Source of the DNA: Armatimonadota bacterium
GTDB lineage: Bacteria > Armatimonadota > SYMT01
Reading direction: 5' to 3'
Length of the DNA: 64,000 nt
NCBI GenBank assembly: GCA_046292385.1
Contig: JBKBRF010000001.1
Span: 31,305 to 95,304, forward strand
Positions 45,301 through 60,957 of this stretch are shown here, in pieces. The notes beneath the pieces were generated by a model. That model did no database searches, was not told where the DNA came from, and worked only from the letters and a program-made list of their open reading frames with translations. Each line of letters begins with the position of its first letter. The first letter of the stretch is position 1. Position numbers and translations under genes: made by a program.

Positions 45301-45867
45301 CAGGCTCTGCGCGGCGAGGTGCACCGCTACCAGCGAGGTGGAGCAGGCGGTCTGGACGCTGACACACGGCCCCGTGAGACCCAGCTTGTAGCCGAGGTGC
45401 GTGGCCAGGTAGTCCTTGTCGTTGCCGAGCATCGTCAGCAGGCTGGCGGCGGAGCCGTGCGGATCGAGGCCGGCGTGCAGGTTGAAGAGCAGATAGCCGC
45501 TGATCGAGGCACCCGCGAAGACGCCGATCGAGCCGTCGAACCGGCCGGGGTCGCAGCCGGCATCTTCCAGCGCCTCCCACGCGCATTCCATCAAGACCCG
45601 GTGCTGCGGATCGAGCCGCTCCGCCTCGCGCTGTGAGAACCCGAAGAGGCCGGCATCGAAGCGGTCGATCTCGTCGACGAGAGCCGCGGTCCGGACGTAC
45701 CGCGGATTGGAGCTGAGCGACTCCTCTACGCCCGCGGCGCGCAGGTCGGCGTCGGTCAGGGTGGTGAGGCAGTCCGCCCCGTCCCGCAGGTTCGCCCAGT
45801 ACTGGTCCAGCGTGCGGGCGCCGGGGAAGCGGCCCGCCATGCCGGTGATCGCGATGCGGTCCTGCAT
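39370..45867 (-). CDS. PKS module after NRPS: KS(hybrid type)-[no AT]-DH-cMT-ER-KR-ACP
   Basis: NDKDYLAT and VQTACSTS typical of KS domains accepting NRPS-bound substrates; HRVHGAVVFP; EVGAGTG; LISAASGGVG; GGMGGLG; GLDSL. Confidence 0.95.
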   Translation of the reverse strand: MQDRIAITGMAGRFPGARTLDQYWANLRDGADCLTTLTDADLRAAGVEESLSSNPRYVRTAALVDEIDRFDAGLFGFSQREAERLDPQHRVLMECAWEALEDAGCDPGRFDGSIGVFAGASISGYLLFNLHAGLDPHGSAASLLTMLGNDKDYLATHLGYKLGLTGPCVSVQTACSTSLVAVHLAAQSLLNGECDVALAGGVTLRVPSRVGYLWQDGSILSRDGRCRSFDARASGTVFGSGAGVVVLRRLEDAARDRDRVRAVILGSAINNDGARKVGFTAPSLDGQAAVIAEAIAVADISPESISYVEAHGTGTPLGDPIEVAALNEVFRGVRSPVALGSVKSSVGHLEAAAGVAGLIKTVLAMEQGVLPPSLHFETPNPEIDFEAGPFRVNTSARPWTGLRRAGVSSFGIGGTNAHVVLEQAPAASPESQSGAPERPLHLFCFSARSETALRQLARRCADHFQEAVSLADAAYTVHTGRAPLACRAFVVAADAGQARERLLAVGRGEAAAEPQTAATAIDLPPEEWSEAVRRGQTTWEALLHGWGRRWVQGETLDWGAYDREHARRKVTLPTYPFERERYWIDPPRKAAPAPASGHPLLGTRVRTAAGPRVFEAVVGGDAPSYLSQHRVHGAVVFPAAGYLEMALAIGSAAVRDVTFREALLLPDGDERAVQTVVEPDGAFRIFSEQGEAWVEHASGRLESAATATATVDLPSAEERCAVSVPAEEYYAHLDGAGIGYGPVFRAIRSLRCGPGEALAELELPEEARAGAGAYRLHPVLLDACFQTLGAALGAGEPAESFMPFALERLNFNPEAGPPCRAHAAARALPDGETAAGDLVLLDAAGRAVVTVTNLQCKRARPESLHRDASIERDLYELVWRPAPNAGAPVFEDPAHVGAALAGELDRLSGDPELQDYRELTAALDELAPHYAAAALYELGVRFEPGEPLRLPVAARPYDRLLERLCEMLSETGVVAGSAPDWRVVRTPAPGDLPSRVRELMAAYPVRAAEIALFARCGESLSRVLIGEVDPVSLLFSGEPGAEVIYRETPFARALHALLGGALEAMVGDLPNAPRLRVLEVGAGTGATAAVALPLLSGRLEEYCFTDLSPHFLHAAEEAFSAYPELRTGVLDLNLDPQAQGYSTGGYHLILATNVLHATGDLRRTLARLRTLLAPGGMLAVIEGAGKVRWIDLVFGLTKGWWSFEDTDLRSHPLVPCERWVSLLEEAGFRSVTGVAPDRGEAQQMLFLARAPEAAGSGRWVVSARPESRTDALLARLPDSVEALSEVDPDDPLPDGEWDGVLHLAALDERRGADGAGEQLGGGARAVESLLHAIRHAASRQNAPRLLIVTCGAQRVRATDVPALSQSALWGIAPVLQLELPELRCRIVDLDPCATPEQNARALQAELRDTGSEARTAWRDGCRHAARLQALPRADAVEVPAEPFRLRKSPGGSLRGLTFQPEERRAPGPGEIEIRVAATGLNFKDVLNALDLVPGEAPLGGECAGTVERVGPGVTQLRPGDPVMAAAGGSFASCVTLPAALAVPKPAFLSAEQAASIPIASVTAWYSLAHLARLAPGERVLISAASGGVGLAAIQIARSRGAEVFALAGSPEKRAYLRSLEVPHVFHSRTPGFARRILDATGGEGVDVVLSSLPGELVPEALDALKRGGRFIELGRVGAWTAEQVRAVRPDVERFEVRLDEASPELFGSLLREVAAALESGELSPPPVRCYPLPEVPAPFRRMQEPDHVGKVVVSQRTGVCPESTYLITGGMGGLGLEVARHLVRLGARHLALAGRSLPGEAARSVMAELTAAGARVECLQADVSDRAQVEALLRKIRSEMPPLRGVFHAAGVLADALLPQQSVERFDAVWGPKAAGAWHLHELMGDVDLFVLFSSAAGLLGSRGQANHAAASAFLDSLAEYRRSQGLRAVCIDWGAWSQVGAAAALESALREQGMGTISPERGVRALELLLRRDRTRAAVLPLDLPRLAQAHAGGGLPSLLSELLSGPETAESQPDELPTRSSAPAPPAGFRVRLEATPADRRLELLFEAVAEVAAQMLRLPSGETLDPARPLNELGLDSLLALDMRDRLGEMVGAPLPATILFSYPTVEALARHLAADWLGIAVPQDAGPQPHEPAAEAAPVHNLSEDELDSLLEQFARRIQEQ

Positions 45868-45871
45868 TCGG

Positions 45872-49983
<4,112 letters not shown>

Positions 49984-49987
<4 letters not shown>

Positions 49988-52900
49988 ACGGTGAAGACCT
50001 CCCAGTCCGCCGCGCCCTCCTCGAGCTGGGCCAGCACCAGCTCCGCGATGCTCCCCGTCGTGCCGCCGCTCAGGAACGGCGCCAGGGGCAGCTCGATGCC
50101 GAGGCAGGTATTGATCCGGTTCCGCAGCTCTACCCCCATCAGCGAATCGAGACCCAGTTGAATCAGCGGAGCGGCCGGGTCGAGCGCGCGGCCGGCCCGC
50201 AGCCCGAGCACCCGGCGCGCCGCGCCGGCCACATACTCCACCGCGAGTGTGGCCCGTTCTTCCTTATCGGCCGCCCGGAGCCGGTCCGCAAGGTCTTCCT
50301 CGGAGTCGAGCCGGCTCCCGGCCGTCTCTTCGTGGAGCCGTTCGAACAGGCGCGGGGCGGTGCCCGCGGAATAGCGCTCCAGGAAGCGCTTCCAATCGAG
50401 ATCGACGACGGCAAGCTGCGGCTCGGACCGCGCCAGGGCGGCGTCCAACGCCGCCAGGCAGCTCTCCGGCGCCATCGCGCGGAGGCCGAGCGCCTCCAGG
50501 CGCTGCCGCCCGGACTCGTCCAGCCGCTCCGCCATGCCGCTTCCGGCCCACCGCCCCCAATTGAGGCTCAGCGCGGGTAGGCCGAGGCTGCGGCGGTGCC
50601 GGGCGAGCCCGTCCAGATACCCGTTGGCGGCGGCATAACTCGTCTGGCCCGTCGCCCCGATGAACGACGCGATCGACGAGAACAGGATGAAGAAGTCGAG
50701 GGCCATTCCGCGGCTGTGCTGGTGGAGCAGCCAGGCTCCGCGCGCTTTCGCTGCGAGCGCCTCTTCGAACCGCTCTGGGGTCAGATCGCCGATCAGGCCA
50801 TCCGCCGTGACTCCCGCCGCGTGGATAATTCCCCGGAGCGGCGGCAGGCCGTCCTCTCCGGACAGGAGACGGCGAACGTCGTCCTCTCGCCGCACGTCCG
50901 CCTGCGCTGCTCGCACGTCGGCGCCGCGCTCGCGCAGCTCATGGAGAACCGCTTCGGCCGCCGGTGACGGCGCGCTCCTCCCGGCCAGCAGCAGATGACG
51001 GGCACCGCGGGCGACGGCCCACCGGGCGGTCTCCAGCCCGAGGCCGCCGAGGCCGCCGGTGATCAGGACGGTGCCCTCGAACCGGATCTCGACGCGCGGT
51101 TCGGCGGGGCAGCGGACCAGGCGGGGCACGAGCCGCTCTTCCCCCCGGAGTGCCACCTCCGCCTCGTCGCCGGTCTCGATCTCGCGGCAGAGGGAGCGCA
51201 GAGGGTCTCCCGCGGGGTCGAGGTCGATCCGCCGGCAGCGCAGCGCCGGGCACTCGGCGGCGAGGGCGCTGGCAAAGCCGCGGAGCAGGGCGGCGGTCGG
51301 GGAAGGGGTCTCCCGAGCGGCGCCGCGCGTAAGGAGGGTAAGCCGGGGCGGCGCGGGCAGCTCCGCCAGCGCCTGTGCCAGGCTCAGGAGCCCGCTCCAG
51401 GCGCGACTCCCGGCCTCGTCGAGCGACCACTCGCACGCCCGGGTGAAGTAGAGGACCTCGCCGTACCCGGAAGCTGCCTGAAGCAGCGCGCGAAGCTGGG
51501 CGGGGTCGGTGAGATCCACCTCATACCGTCCTGGCGCCGCCGTCCGAAGCTCGGCTCCCGGCAGCGCCAGGACGCACTCGCCCTCCAACTCCGCCGCCAG
51601 TCGCTCGCCGAGCTCCAGGGCGTCGGTGACGAACAGCCGCTTCGCTGCGGCGTCCGGGACCACTTCCAGCGGCCGTGCTTCCCAGTCTAGGCGGTAGAGG
51701 AGGTCGTCCACCGCTGGAGAGGAGGCGACGGCGCCGCGGGCGACCGCCTTGAACGCGAGTCCCGATACCACTGCGACGCAGCTTCCCGTAGAATCGTGCA
51801 GGCTGAGGTCGGCCCGGTGCGTCGCGTCGTCGCTCGCCGGGCGCAGGACCGCGCGGCAGGTGAGCGGTCCCTGCGGCGAGCTGATGAAGTCGAGACGGTC
51901 GATCCCGACCGGCAGGAACGTCGCGCCCGCCGTCTCCGGGCCGAGCGCTCCGCCGGCCGTCTGGAGACACGCGTCGAGCAGCGCCGGGTGGAACGACCAC
52001 CCCTCGCCCGCCAAGTGGCCCGGCAGGCTCACTTCCGCCTCGGCGACCTGTTCTCCGCGCCGCATCCGCCGGATACCCTGGAATGCCGGCCCGATGCCGA
52101 TCCCGCGGCGCTCCAGCTCGCGGACCCACTCCGCTCCGGAGGTCTCGGCCGTTAGCAGACCGCCGTCCACCGCCGCCACCGTCGCCGCTTCCGGAGCCAC
52201 GCGGCAGGCGAGGGCGGACGCATGCAGTGTCCAGACCTCCGCCTGCTGGCTGAAGACGCGGCAGTGACCCTCCGGCGACACCACCACCTGCACGGCGCGC
52301 GGCTCGGCGGAGTCGAGGAGCAGGGGCGCGTCGAACCGCAGCTCTGCCAGCCGCACCGGCGCCGCTTCGCCGCCGTCCCGGAGCGCCTCCAGCATCAGCG
52401 CGATATGGACCGCCCCCGCCACCACCACGGCGCCGAACACGCGATGGTCCGCCAGGTACGGGTGGGTCTCCAGCCCGAGGCGTGCTTCGTACAGTCGCTC
52501 GGCGAGCGGAGACGGGATCCGCCGGCCCCATGGGGGCAAGCCCGACGGTCGCGCCGGCCTGGTAGGGATCGGCTCGAGCCAGTAGCGCTCGCGCTGGAAC
52601 GGGTAGGTGGGGAGGGAGACCTTCCGGCGGGCGTGACCATGGTCGTAGGCGTCCCAATCGACCGTTTCGCCGCCGAGCCAGCGGCGGCCGGTCTCCTCGA
52701 GCGCGGCGTGGCAGCGGGCGCCGTCCCCGGGCAGGTCTCCGCCGGAGAGCACCTCGGCTGTCGGCTGACCTGCCGCGATCCGCAAGAGCAGTTGTCCGGC
52801 CTCCGCCGCATCTCGCGCAATGAGTGCCGCGCGGCAGCGGAAGGCGCTCCGGCCGGTGTGAGCGGAGTAGGCCGCGTCCGGCAGGGAGACTTCACGCTCG

Positions 52901-54393
52901 GCGAAGTGCTCCGCGTAGCGCCGCGCCAGCTGGCGGAGCGCCGCTTCCGTGGGAGCGGAGAAGCAGAGGAGATGCAGCGGCCGCTCCGCCGCGGGCGCGG
53001 GCCGATCCGGGGCCACGGGCGCCTCTTCGACGACGACGTGGACGTTGGTCCCGCTGAACCCGAACGAGCTGACGCCCGCTAAACGGCGACCTTCCGCCGA
53101 CTCCCAGTCAATCAAAGAGGTCGGGATCCGGAGCGGAAGCTCGCCGGTCTCGATGTAGGGGTTGAGCTTCTGGAAATGGAGATGCGGCGGGATCTGCCGG
53201 TGCTGCAGGGAGAGGAGCACCTTGATCAGCCCGGTGATGCCCGCGGCCGGGCCGGTGTGGCCGAGGTTCGTCTTCACGGAGCCGAGCACCAGCGGGTGCC
53301 GGCGTCCCGGTCCGAAGACGGCGGCCAGGGCCCGCACCTCGATCGGATCGCCCAGCGCCGTGCCGGTACCGTGCGCTTCCACGTAGCCCACCTGCCCCGG
53401 CTCCGCGCCCGCATCCGCCAGCGCCTGGCGGACCACCGCTTCCTGGGCGGCGGCGCTGGGGGCGGTCAGGCCGCCGCTGCGACCGTCCTGGTTCGCGGCG
53501 GAGCCCCGGATCACGCCGAGGATGCGGTCCCCAGCGGCACGCGCGTCGGAGAGGCGCTTCAGGACCACGACTCCGCAGCCCTCGCCCTGCACGAACCCGT
53601 CGGCCGACGCGTCGAACGCCTTGCAGCGCCCCTCCGGCGAGAGCATCCGCGCGCGGGAGAGCCCCATCGAGAGCGCGGGGGTCAGCACGGTATAGACGCC
53701 GGCCGCGAGCGCCGCTCCGCACTCGCCGGCCCGGAGGCTCTGGACCGCCCGGTGGACCGCCATCAGCGAGGACGAGCAGGCGGTGTCGACCACGCAGCTC
53801 GGCCCGCGCAGGTCGAGGACGTACGAAAGCCGGCCGGCGCAGACGCTCGCGGCGCCGCCGGAGACGGTGTAGGCGTCGATGCGATCCGGCGCCTCCAGGG
53901 CGAGCTGGTAGTACTCGTTCGAGTTGGCCGCGACGAAGACCCCGGTGCGCGTGCCGGCCAGTCGATCCGGCACCAGGCAGGCATTCTCGAGCGCTTCCCA
54001 CGTGGTTTCGAGCACCAGGCGCTGCTGCGGATCCATCCCGGCCGCCTCGCGCGGAGCGATGCCGAAGAGCTCCGCGTCGAACCGGTCGACCTCCTGCAGG
54101 AAGGCGCCGCGCCGGCTGCAGATCTTGCCGGGACGATCCGGGTCGGGATCATAGTACGCGTCGATATCCCAGCGGTCGGAGGGGACTACGGTCACCGCGT
54201 CGCGGCCCTCCCGGAGCAGCCCCCAGAACCGGTCCGGACCCTCGGCGCCCCCCGGGAAGCGGCACCCGATCCCGATCACCGCGATCGGCTCACGGCGGTC
54301 TCGCTCCCGCTGCTCCAGGCGCTCCAGCCGCTCCCGCATCTGGCTCAGCGCTGCCGCCGCGCGCTTCAGCGATTCCGCTTCGGAAGGGCTCAC
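49984..54393 (-). CDS. PKS module: KS-[no AT]-DH-KR-ACP with C-terminal docking SLiM
   Basis: DTACSSS; no GHSx[14 protein letters not shown] and HPALLD; GGLGGLG; GLDSL; ends DWEVFTV. Confidence 0.94.
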
Positions 54394-57300
54394 GGAGCCT
54401 GCCCTCCCTCCAGGAACTGCTCGGCGGCGGCCAGCTCGCGTTCGAGAAGCGACTGCAGGTCGCTCGCCGCCGAGTCCGATTCGCCGGCAGGCTCGGCAAG
54501 GAGTCCGAGCTCCTTTGCCAGGAGGTCGGCCAGCGCCTCACAGGTCGGATGCTCGAACAGAAGCGTCGCGGGAAGCCGGACGCGGGCGCGGGCGGAAAGC
54601 AGGTTCCGCAGCTCCACCGCCATCAGAGAGTCGAGCCCCAGGTCCCGCAGTGGGATCCCGGCGGCCGGCAGCTCACCGGGCGGCAGGTCCATCACGCGCG
54701 CCGCGTCACCCTGGATCTCCTGGACGAGCGCTGCTCGCTCCCGTCCCGCCGGGGCCCGCGCCACCAGCTCTCGCAGGTCCGTCGAGGGCGGCGTCTCACT
54801 CGTGCGGGTCGACCGTCCGGCGGGGACGGAGAAGGCCCGGAGCCGCGGCGGCGGCGCGAGCGGCTCGAAGCGCTTGAGAAAGGTCTGCCAGTCGAGATCG
54901 ACGATCGCCGCCTGCGCCGCATCGGTACCCAGGACCGTCCCGAGTGCCGCCAGGGCCTGGGCCGGCGGCATCGGACGGAGCCCGCGGCGGCCGATCTCTT
55001 CCCGGATCATCGCTCCGGCCGCGGCCCCGACCTCGTCCCACGCGCCCCAATCGATGCTGATCGACGGCAGCCCCTCGGCGCGGCGCGCGTGGGCCAGGGC
55101 GTCCAGGAACGTGTTGGCGGCGGCGTGATTGGTCTGCGCGGGCGACCCGAGCAGCCCCGCGGCGGAGGAGAAAAGCACGAAGTGGTCCAGCGGCAGCTCC
55201 CGGGTCTGCCGGTGCAGGTGCCACGCGCCGAGGACCTTCGGCGCCAGGACCGGCACCAGGCGCTCCCAGCTTTGCCGCGCCACGATCCCGTCGTCGAGGA
55301 CCCCCGCGGCATGGAAGACCCCGGCCAGCGGCGCCAGCGCAGCGGCGGATGCCAGCACGCGGGCTACGTCCTCCTCGCGCGCGACGTCGGCCTGGACCAC
55401 CTCCACCCGCGCGCCACGCTCCCGAAGCGCTGCGAGCCTCGCAGCGGCGGGCTCGGTCGGCGCGCTCCGGCCCGCCAGCACCAGGTGCCGCGCGCCGCGA
55501 TCGACCAGCCAGGCGGCCAGCTCCAGGCCGAGTCCTCCCAGCCCCCCGGTAAGGAGGTAGCTCGCGTCCGCGCGGAAGACCGGCTCCGTGCCGGCGAGGG
55601 GGGCGCGTGCCAGCCGCGCGGCATGCCGGCGTCCCGCTCTCAGCGCGACTTCGGTCTCCGCGTCGGGTCGGGTGATCTCCGCCAGGCACCCAGTCGCCTG
55701 CGCTTCCGGGCCGGCGCCCGGGTCGAGGTCGAGCAGGCGGACGCGCACCCCCGGCATCTCCAGGGCCAGGCTGCGGGCGAAACCCCACAGCGGCGCCTGC
55801 GCCGGGGAGACCGATCCATCTCCCACCGCGGCCGCTCCCCGCGTGACGAGCCAGAGCGCCGGGCACTCGCCCGAGCGCTCGATCTCCTGTGCCAGCTCCA
55901 GGGCACCTTCCAGGCCGGGCCGGATCTGATCCGGATGCTCCGCGTCGAGCCCTCGCAGGTGGACGATCCGGTCGAACGGCCCAGCCGGCATCGTCCCGGA
56001 GCCCCACACCTCGACCTGCTGTCCCGCGCCGCGCAGCTGCTCCGCCAGACGCGCCGCCAATCCGCTCCGATCTTCCGTCAACAGCCAGCGCTCACCGGCG
56101 GCGGAGAGCGGGCGGCGGGCGATCAGGATCGTTTGCTGCGAGATGCCGCCCCGGTCCGGCGCTCCCGGGTTGAGGCTGACCGGCTGCTCGAAGCCGCTCC
56201 GGGCCAGCAGCTCGAGCCATTCGGCCTCCCGCAGGAGCGCGTAGGAGCGCAGCTCGGTGTCGGTGAACGCCCACATTCCGTCGGTCAGGCCGAACGTCAG
56301 GTCACCCCAGCGCAGGCGCCCGGTATTCTCCACCAGGATGAGCGCGCCTCCGGGCGCGAGCAGCGACCGGGCGTGCGCCAGCGTCCGCTGGAGGTCCGGC
56401 GTGGCGTGGAGGACGTTGGCGGCGATCGCCACGTCGAACGTGCCGGGCTCGAACCCCTGCGCCGCCGGGTCCCGCGAGATGTCGAGCAGCCGGTAGTCGA
56501 CGCCCGCGTGCCCCGAGAAGCGGCTCCGCGCGCGCTGGAGGAAGGCGGGAGAGAGGTCCGTGAAGACGTACTCCGCGCTGCCGGGCGGCAGCTGCGGGAG
56601 CACCTGCGCCGTGGTGCCGCCGGTGCCGCCGCCGATCTCGATGAGGCGCAGGGGGCCGCTGCCTTCGCGGCCGGCGACCAGCTCGGCGACCGCGCGGGCG
56701 ACCAGCCCGTTTACCGCGCGGGCGAACGGCGAGCGCGCGTAGATCCCGTCGGCGGCGTCCGTCTGCGCGGAGGGGAAGAGCAGCTCCAGCGGGTCCCGGA
56801 TGCCGGTGAGGACCGACGAGAGCTCCGCTCCGCAGCGGCGGAGCATCGCCAGCTCTCCCTCTACCTCGGGGAACCGGGCGGAGAGGGCCGCGGCGCGGGA
56901 CTCGAGGTCGGCGTCCGGGCGCAGCTCCAGCACGCCCTCTTCTTCCAGGATCTCCACGAATCGAGAGCGAAGCCGGTGGAAGCGCTGCTCCACACCGGCG
57001 CGCCGGACGTCGTCGAGGGTGCGGCAGCCCAGCTCCAGGAACGCCTGCCGGACGTAGGCCGCGGAAAGCCGGTCGAACTCGGCTCCCGCGGGCTCGAGCC
57101 GGGCCAGCTCGGCTCGACGGGCGGCGACCTCCGCTGCGAGACGCTCGGCGATGGCGCGCGGCTCGGGGAGGGACCGGTCGGCGCTGGCGGGCGCCGGCAC
57201 CTCCGGCCACTCTACCTGGTAGAGCCAGTCGGCCCAGTGCGGCCGGGCTTCGGCGGGACGGACCTCCGCGTAAGCCGTCGGGGCCGCCAGCCGGGCGGCG

Positions 57301-60300
57301 TTGGCGCGCCGGATCTCTTCCGGCTTGAGCAGCGTGTCCTTCCGGGCGGTGATCAGCCAGTAGCGCATGAGGCCCCGACGCAGGGCGCGGCCGATGTTCG
57401 CGTTCGAGAGCAGGTGGCGCCGCGCGAGATCGTCCATCCCGAACCGCTGGACGATCTCGTCCACGCGGTCGGCAAACTCCGGGTCTTCCAGGAAGTTCGC
57501 CGTCTCCTCGCTCGCGTCGACACAGTCGACGACGTGCAGGCGATGGCGGGCGAGGACCTCCGCCCACTCTTCGGGGGTGCTGGTAAACGAGTGCGTGTCC
57601 GGGTTGGCGATCCCTTCCCCCGGCGCCGCGAAGTCGGCCACGACCATGAGCCCGCCCGCTTCCAGGTGCTCGCTCACGTTGCCGAACAGGGCGTCCTTGT
57701 CCTGGATCAACCCGGAGACCTCGACCCCGTAGATCAGGTCGCAGCGGCCGGGGAACGGGGTCCGCCCGCTGTCGCGGTGGTGGATCCGGACTCTCTCGTC
57801 CAGCCCCAGCGCCGCGATCCGCTTGCGGCCGACCTCCACCTGCCGGGCGGAGATCGTGTAGCCTTCGAGGCGCAGGTGCGGATGGGCCGCGGCGAGGGCG
57901 CAGAGGTCGGCGCCGTGCCCGCAGCCGAAGTCGAGGACCCGCCGCACCCGCGAGAAGTCGACGAGCCGGAACAGGGTGTCCTTCAGCTCCCGCTGGGCCG
58001 CCATCATCAGGCGGTGCTGCTCCGGAAAGCGCTCCGGCTCGAAGAGCGTCGTGAGCCAGCAGAAGCCGGGTACCACCTGCGGCAGCGCGCCGATGTTCAG
58101 CAGCCCTTCGTGCCCGCCGTCCGCGCTGTACCCGTAGCTCTGGGAGACGACCGAGAGGGAGTCGTAGTAGTCGGAGATGACCGGCGTGCCGACCTTGCCG
58201 CTCTCGCCGCCGGGCGGCAGGGCGGGGGACACAGCGGCGCTCGGCGCGGCGCGCTCCTCCAGCCAGTATCGCTGCCGCTGGAACGGGTAAGTGGGGAGGG
58301 AGACGACCCGCCGCGGCCGGCCCGCGTGGAAGCCGTTCCAGTCGACCTCCACCCCGCGCTCGTAGAGCCGGCCGAGCCCCTCCAGGATCGTCCGGCTGTC
58401 CTCCGCGCCCCGCCGCAGCGACGGCACGGAGGAGAGGCCCTCCGGCGCGACGAGCCCGGTTAGCACCGGGTGCGGGCCTAACTCCACGGCGGTGCGGTAG
58501 CCCATGGCCGCGAGCCTGCGGGCGCCCGCGCCGAAGTGGACGGTTCCCCGCGCGTGCTCTCGCCAGTGGCGGGCGTCGATCCGGTCGCACGCGGCGCCGG
58601 TCAGGTTCGAGATCAGCGGGAGCGCCGGAGCCCCGTACTGGAGCTGCCCGGCCGCGTCCTCCAGCGCGTCGAGGACCGGATCGAGCAGTGGAGAATGGTA
58701 GGCGCCCGGCGTGTCGAGCGGGATCGTCGCGATGCCCGCCGCGCGCAGCAGCCGCGCCACGCGCTCCACCTGAGCCCCGGAGCCGGAGAAGACGGTGTTC
58801 TTCGGACCGTTCTCGACCGCCACGCAGACCCGGTCGGCGGAAGCTTCCTCGATCGCCCGCAGCACCACTTCGGGAGAGGCGAGCGCGGCGACCATCCGCC
58901 CCGCTTCCGGCAGCCTCGCCATGATCCGGCCGCGCGCTGCTACCAGCCGCAGCGTCGACTCGTAGTCGAGCACGCCCGCGACGCACGCAGCGGCGTACTC
59001 GCCCAGGCTGTGCCCCATCACGGCGGCGGGGGCGAGGCCCCAACTGCCCCAGAGCTCCGCCAGTGCCAGCTCCAGCGCCACCAGGGCCGGCTGCACGCAC
59101 GCGGGGTCGTGCAGCAGCTCCCCCGCGCCGAACAGCACCTCGGTCAGCGGGCGCGGCAGCTCCGCGCGCAGGACCTGCTCGAACCGCTCTAACGCCGCGC
59201 GGAAGACCGGCTCCGTCTCGTAGAGGCCGCGGCCCATTCCGGGATACTGGGATCCCTGGCCGGTAAAGAGGAAGACGAGGCCCTCTTCCGCCGTCGGGGG
59301 CGCGCTCTCCTCGCCTCGCCGTGAGAGTGCCTCTACCGCTTCCGCCGCCGTCTCCGCCGCGACGGCTAGCCGGCGGTTGAAGTGGCAGCGGCCCGCGGTG
59401 GAGGTGTAGGCGGCTTCGGCGAGCGTCACCGTCCCGTCCGCCAGGCGCTCCCGGTAGCGCTCCCGGAGCTGATCCAGCGCTCGCTCGTCGCGGGCGGAGA
59501 GGCAGAGCAGATGGGCCGGCCGGTCGGAGCCGGAGGCGGGGCGGGCCGGAGCCGACTCCAGGACGACGTGGGCGTTGGTGCCGCTGAAGCCGAACGCGCT
59601 CACCCCGGCGATCCGCCGCTCCCCCGCGGAGGGCCAGGGCTCCAGGCGGGTGGGGATCACGAGCGGCAGGCCGTCCACTCCCAGGTGCGGGTTGGGCTGC
59701 TCCAGGTGCAGGTGCGGCGGGACCTCCCCGTCCGCGACGGCGAGAATCGCCTTGATCAGCCCGGCGACGCCCGCGGCCGCTTCGAGGTGCCCCAGGTTCG
59801 TCTTGACCGAGCCGACCGCCAGCGGGCTCTCCGCCGTGCGGCCCGGGGCGAAGACGCGGGCCAGCGCCTGCATCTCGATCGGATCGCCGAGGGGCGTTCC
59901 GGTGCCGTGCGCTTCCACGTAGCCGACCTGGTCCGGCTCCACCCCGGCATCTTCCAGCGCGCGCCGGATCACCGCCTCCTGGGCGGGGCCGTTCGGGGCG
60001 GTCAGGCTGCTGCTGCGCCCATCCTGGTTGACGGCCGAGCCCCGGATCACGGCGAGGATCCGGTCTCCGTCCGCCTCCGCGTCCGCCAGGCGCTTCAGGA
60101 CGATGATGCCGCAGCCTTCGCCGTGTCCGAAGCCGTCGGCGCGCGCGTCGAAGGTCTTGCAGCGTCCATCCGGAGCGGTCACGCCGAGCTTGGTGGAAGC
60201 CACGTAGCCGTGCGGCGACAGCGCCAGGTGCACACCCCCCGCCAGCGCCAGGCGGCACTCCCCGCGGCGGAGGCTCTGCACCGCCAGGTGCACCGCCACC

Positions 60301-60920
60301 AGTGAGGATGAGCAGGCGGTATCCACGACCATGGCGGGGCCGCGGAGCCCGAGGAAGTAGGCGAGTCTCCCGGCGGCGATGCTGGTGTGGCTCCCGGAGG
60401 CGGACCACGCGTCGATCCGCTCGGCGTCCCCCGCGCCCCGGCCGAGCAGGGTGTAGCCGCCATTGTAGAGGCCCAGGAAGACGCCCGCATCCGTGCCCTG
60501 GAGGGACGTGGGCGGGATCCCGGCGTGCTCCAGCGCCTCCCACGACACCTCCAGCGCCAGCCGGTGGTGCGGATCCATGGAGACCGCCTCGCGAGGAGCG
60601 ATGCCGAAGAAGGCCGGCTCGAACAGGTCGATCCGGGGCAGAAAGCCGCCGGTCCGGAAGCTCATCTTGCCGGGGGCGGATGGATCGGGGTCGTACCACT
60701 CGCCGATCGCCCAGCGCTCCGCCGGGAGCTCGATGCCCGCGAACGCTCCGGCCCGCAGGAAGCGCCGGAAGTCGTCCGGACCCTCGACGCCGCCCGGAAG
60801 GCGGCAGCCGATCCCGATGACCGCCACCGGCTCGGACGCGGCGCGCTCCGCGACCTCGAGTCGCTTCTCCAGCTCATCGATGGCGAGGAGGGCTCGTTTT
60901 AGCGGTGACAGACTCTCCAA
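54390..60920 (-). CDS. PKS module: KS-AT(atypical)-oMT-cMT-KR-ACP
   Basis: DTACSSS; GHSLG and [42 protein letters not shown] start 60920 with AGGGAG 6 nt upstream (ORF track start 61052 overlaps the previous gene). Confidence 0.93.
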   Translation of the reverse strand: MESLSPLKRALLAIDELEKRLEVAERAASEPVAVIGIGCRLPGGVEGPDDFRRFLRAGAFAGIELPAERWAIGEWYDPDPSAPGKMSFRTGGFLPRIDLFEPAFFGIAPREAVSMDPHHRLALEVSWEALEHAGIPPTSLQGTDAGVFLGLYNGGYTLLGRGAGDAERIDAWSASGSHTSIAAGRLAYFLGLRGPAMVVDTACSSSLVAVHLAVQSLRRGECRLALAGGVHLALSPHGYVASTKLGVTAPDGRCKTFDARADGFGHGEGCGIIVLKRLADAEADGDRILAVIRGSAVNQDGRSSSLTAPNGPAQEAVIRRALEDAGVEPDQVGYVEAHGTGTPLGDPIEMQALARVFAPGRTAESPLAVGSVKTNLGHLEAAAGVAGLIKAILAVADGEVPPHLHLEQPNPHLGVDGLPLVIPTRLEPWPSAGERRIAGVSAFGFSGTNAHVVLESAPARPASGSDRPAHLLCLSARDERALDQLRERYRERLADGTVTLAEAAYTSTAGRCHFNRRLAVAAETAAEAVEALSRRGEESAPPTAEEGLVFLFTGQGSQYPGMGRGLYETEPVFRAALERFEQVLRAELPRPLTEVLFGAGELLHDPACVQPALVALELALAELWGSWGLAPAAVMGHSLGEYAAACVAGVLDYESTLRLVAARGRIMARLPEAGRMVAALASPEVVLRAIEEASADRVCVAVENGPKNTVFSGSGAQVERVARLLRAAGIATIPLDTPGAYHSPLLDPVLDALEDAAGQLQYGAPALPLISNLTGAACDRIDARHWREHARGTVHFGAGARRLAAMGYRTAVELGPHPVLTGLVAPEGLSSVPSLRRGAEDSRTILEGLGRLYERGVEVDWNGFHAGRPRRVVSLPTYPFQRQRYWLEERAAPSAAVSPALPPGGESGKVGTPVISDYYDSLSVVSQSYGYSADGGHEGLLNIGALPQVVPGFCWLTTLFEPERFPEQHRLMMAAQRELKDTLFRLVDFSRVRRVLDFGCGHGADLCALAAAHPHLRLEGYTISARQVEVGRKRIAALGLDERVRIHHRDSGRTPFPGRCDLIYGVEVSGLIQDKDALFGNVSEHLEAGGLMVVADFAAPGEGIANPDTHSFTSTPEEWAEVLARHRLHVVDCVDASEETANFLEDPEFADRVDEIVQRFGMDDLARRHLLSNANIGRALRRGLMRYWLITARKDTLLKPEEIRRANAARLAAPTAYAEVRPAEARPHWADWLYQVEWPEVPAPASADRSLPEPRAIAERLAAEVAARRAELARLEPAGAEFDRLSAAYVRQAFLELGCRTLDDVRRAGVEQRFHRLRSRFVEILEEEGVLELRPDADLESRAAALSARFPEVEGELAMLRRCGAELSSVLTGIRDPLELLFPSAQTDAADGIYARSPFARAVNGLVARAVAELVAGREGSGPLRLIEIGGGTGGTTAQVLPQLPPGSAEYVFTDLSPAFLQRARSRFSGHAGVDYRLLDISRDPAAQGFEPGTFDVAIAANVLHATPDLQRTLAHARSLLAPGGALILVENTGRLRWGDLTFGLTDGMWAFTDTELRSYALLREAEWLELLARSGFEQPVSLNPGAPDRGGISQQTILIARRPLSAAGERWLLTEDRSGLAARLAEQLRGAGQQVEVWGSGTMPAGPFDRIVHLRGLDAEHPDQIRPGLEGALELAQEIERSGECPALWLVTRGAAAVGDGSVSPAQAPLWGFARSLALEMPGVRVRLLDLDPGAGPEAQATGCLAEITRPDAETEVALRAGRRHAARLARAPLAGTEPVFRADASYLLTGGLGGLGLELAAWLVDRGARHLVLAGRSAPTEPAAARLAALRERGARVEVVQADVAREEDVARVLASAAALAPLAGVFHAAGVLDDGIVARQSWERLVPVLAPKVLGAWHLHRQTRELPLDHFVLFSSAAGLLGSPAQTNHAAANTFLDALAHARRAEGLPSISIDWGAWDEVGAAAGAMIREEIGRRGLRPMPPAQALAALGTVLGTDAAQAAIVDLDWQTFLKRFEPLAPPPRLRAFSVPAGRSTRTSETPPSTDLRELVARAPAGRERAALVQEIQGDAARVMDLPPGELPAAGIPLRDLGLDSLMAVELRNLLSARARVRLPATLLFEHPTCEALADLLAKELGLLAEPAGESDSAASDLQSLLERELAAAEQFLEGGQAP

Positions 60921-60957
60921 CCCACACTCCCTTGCCGTACTACCCCGGTCTCCAGGC

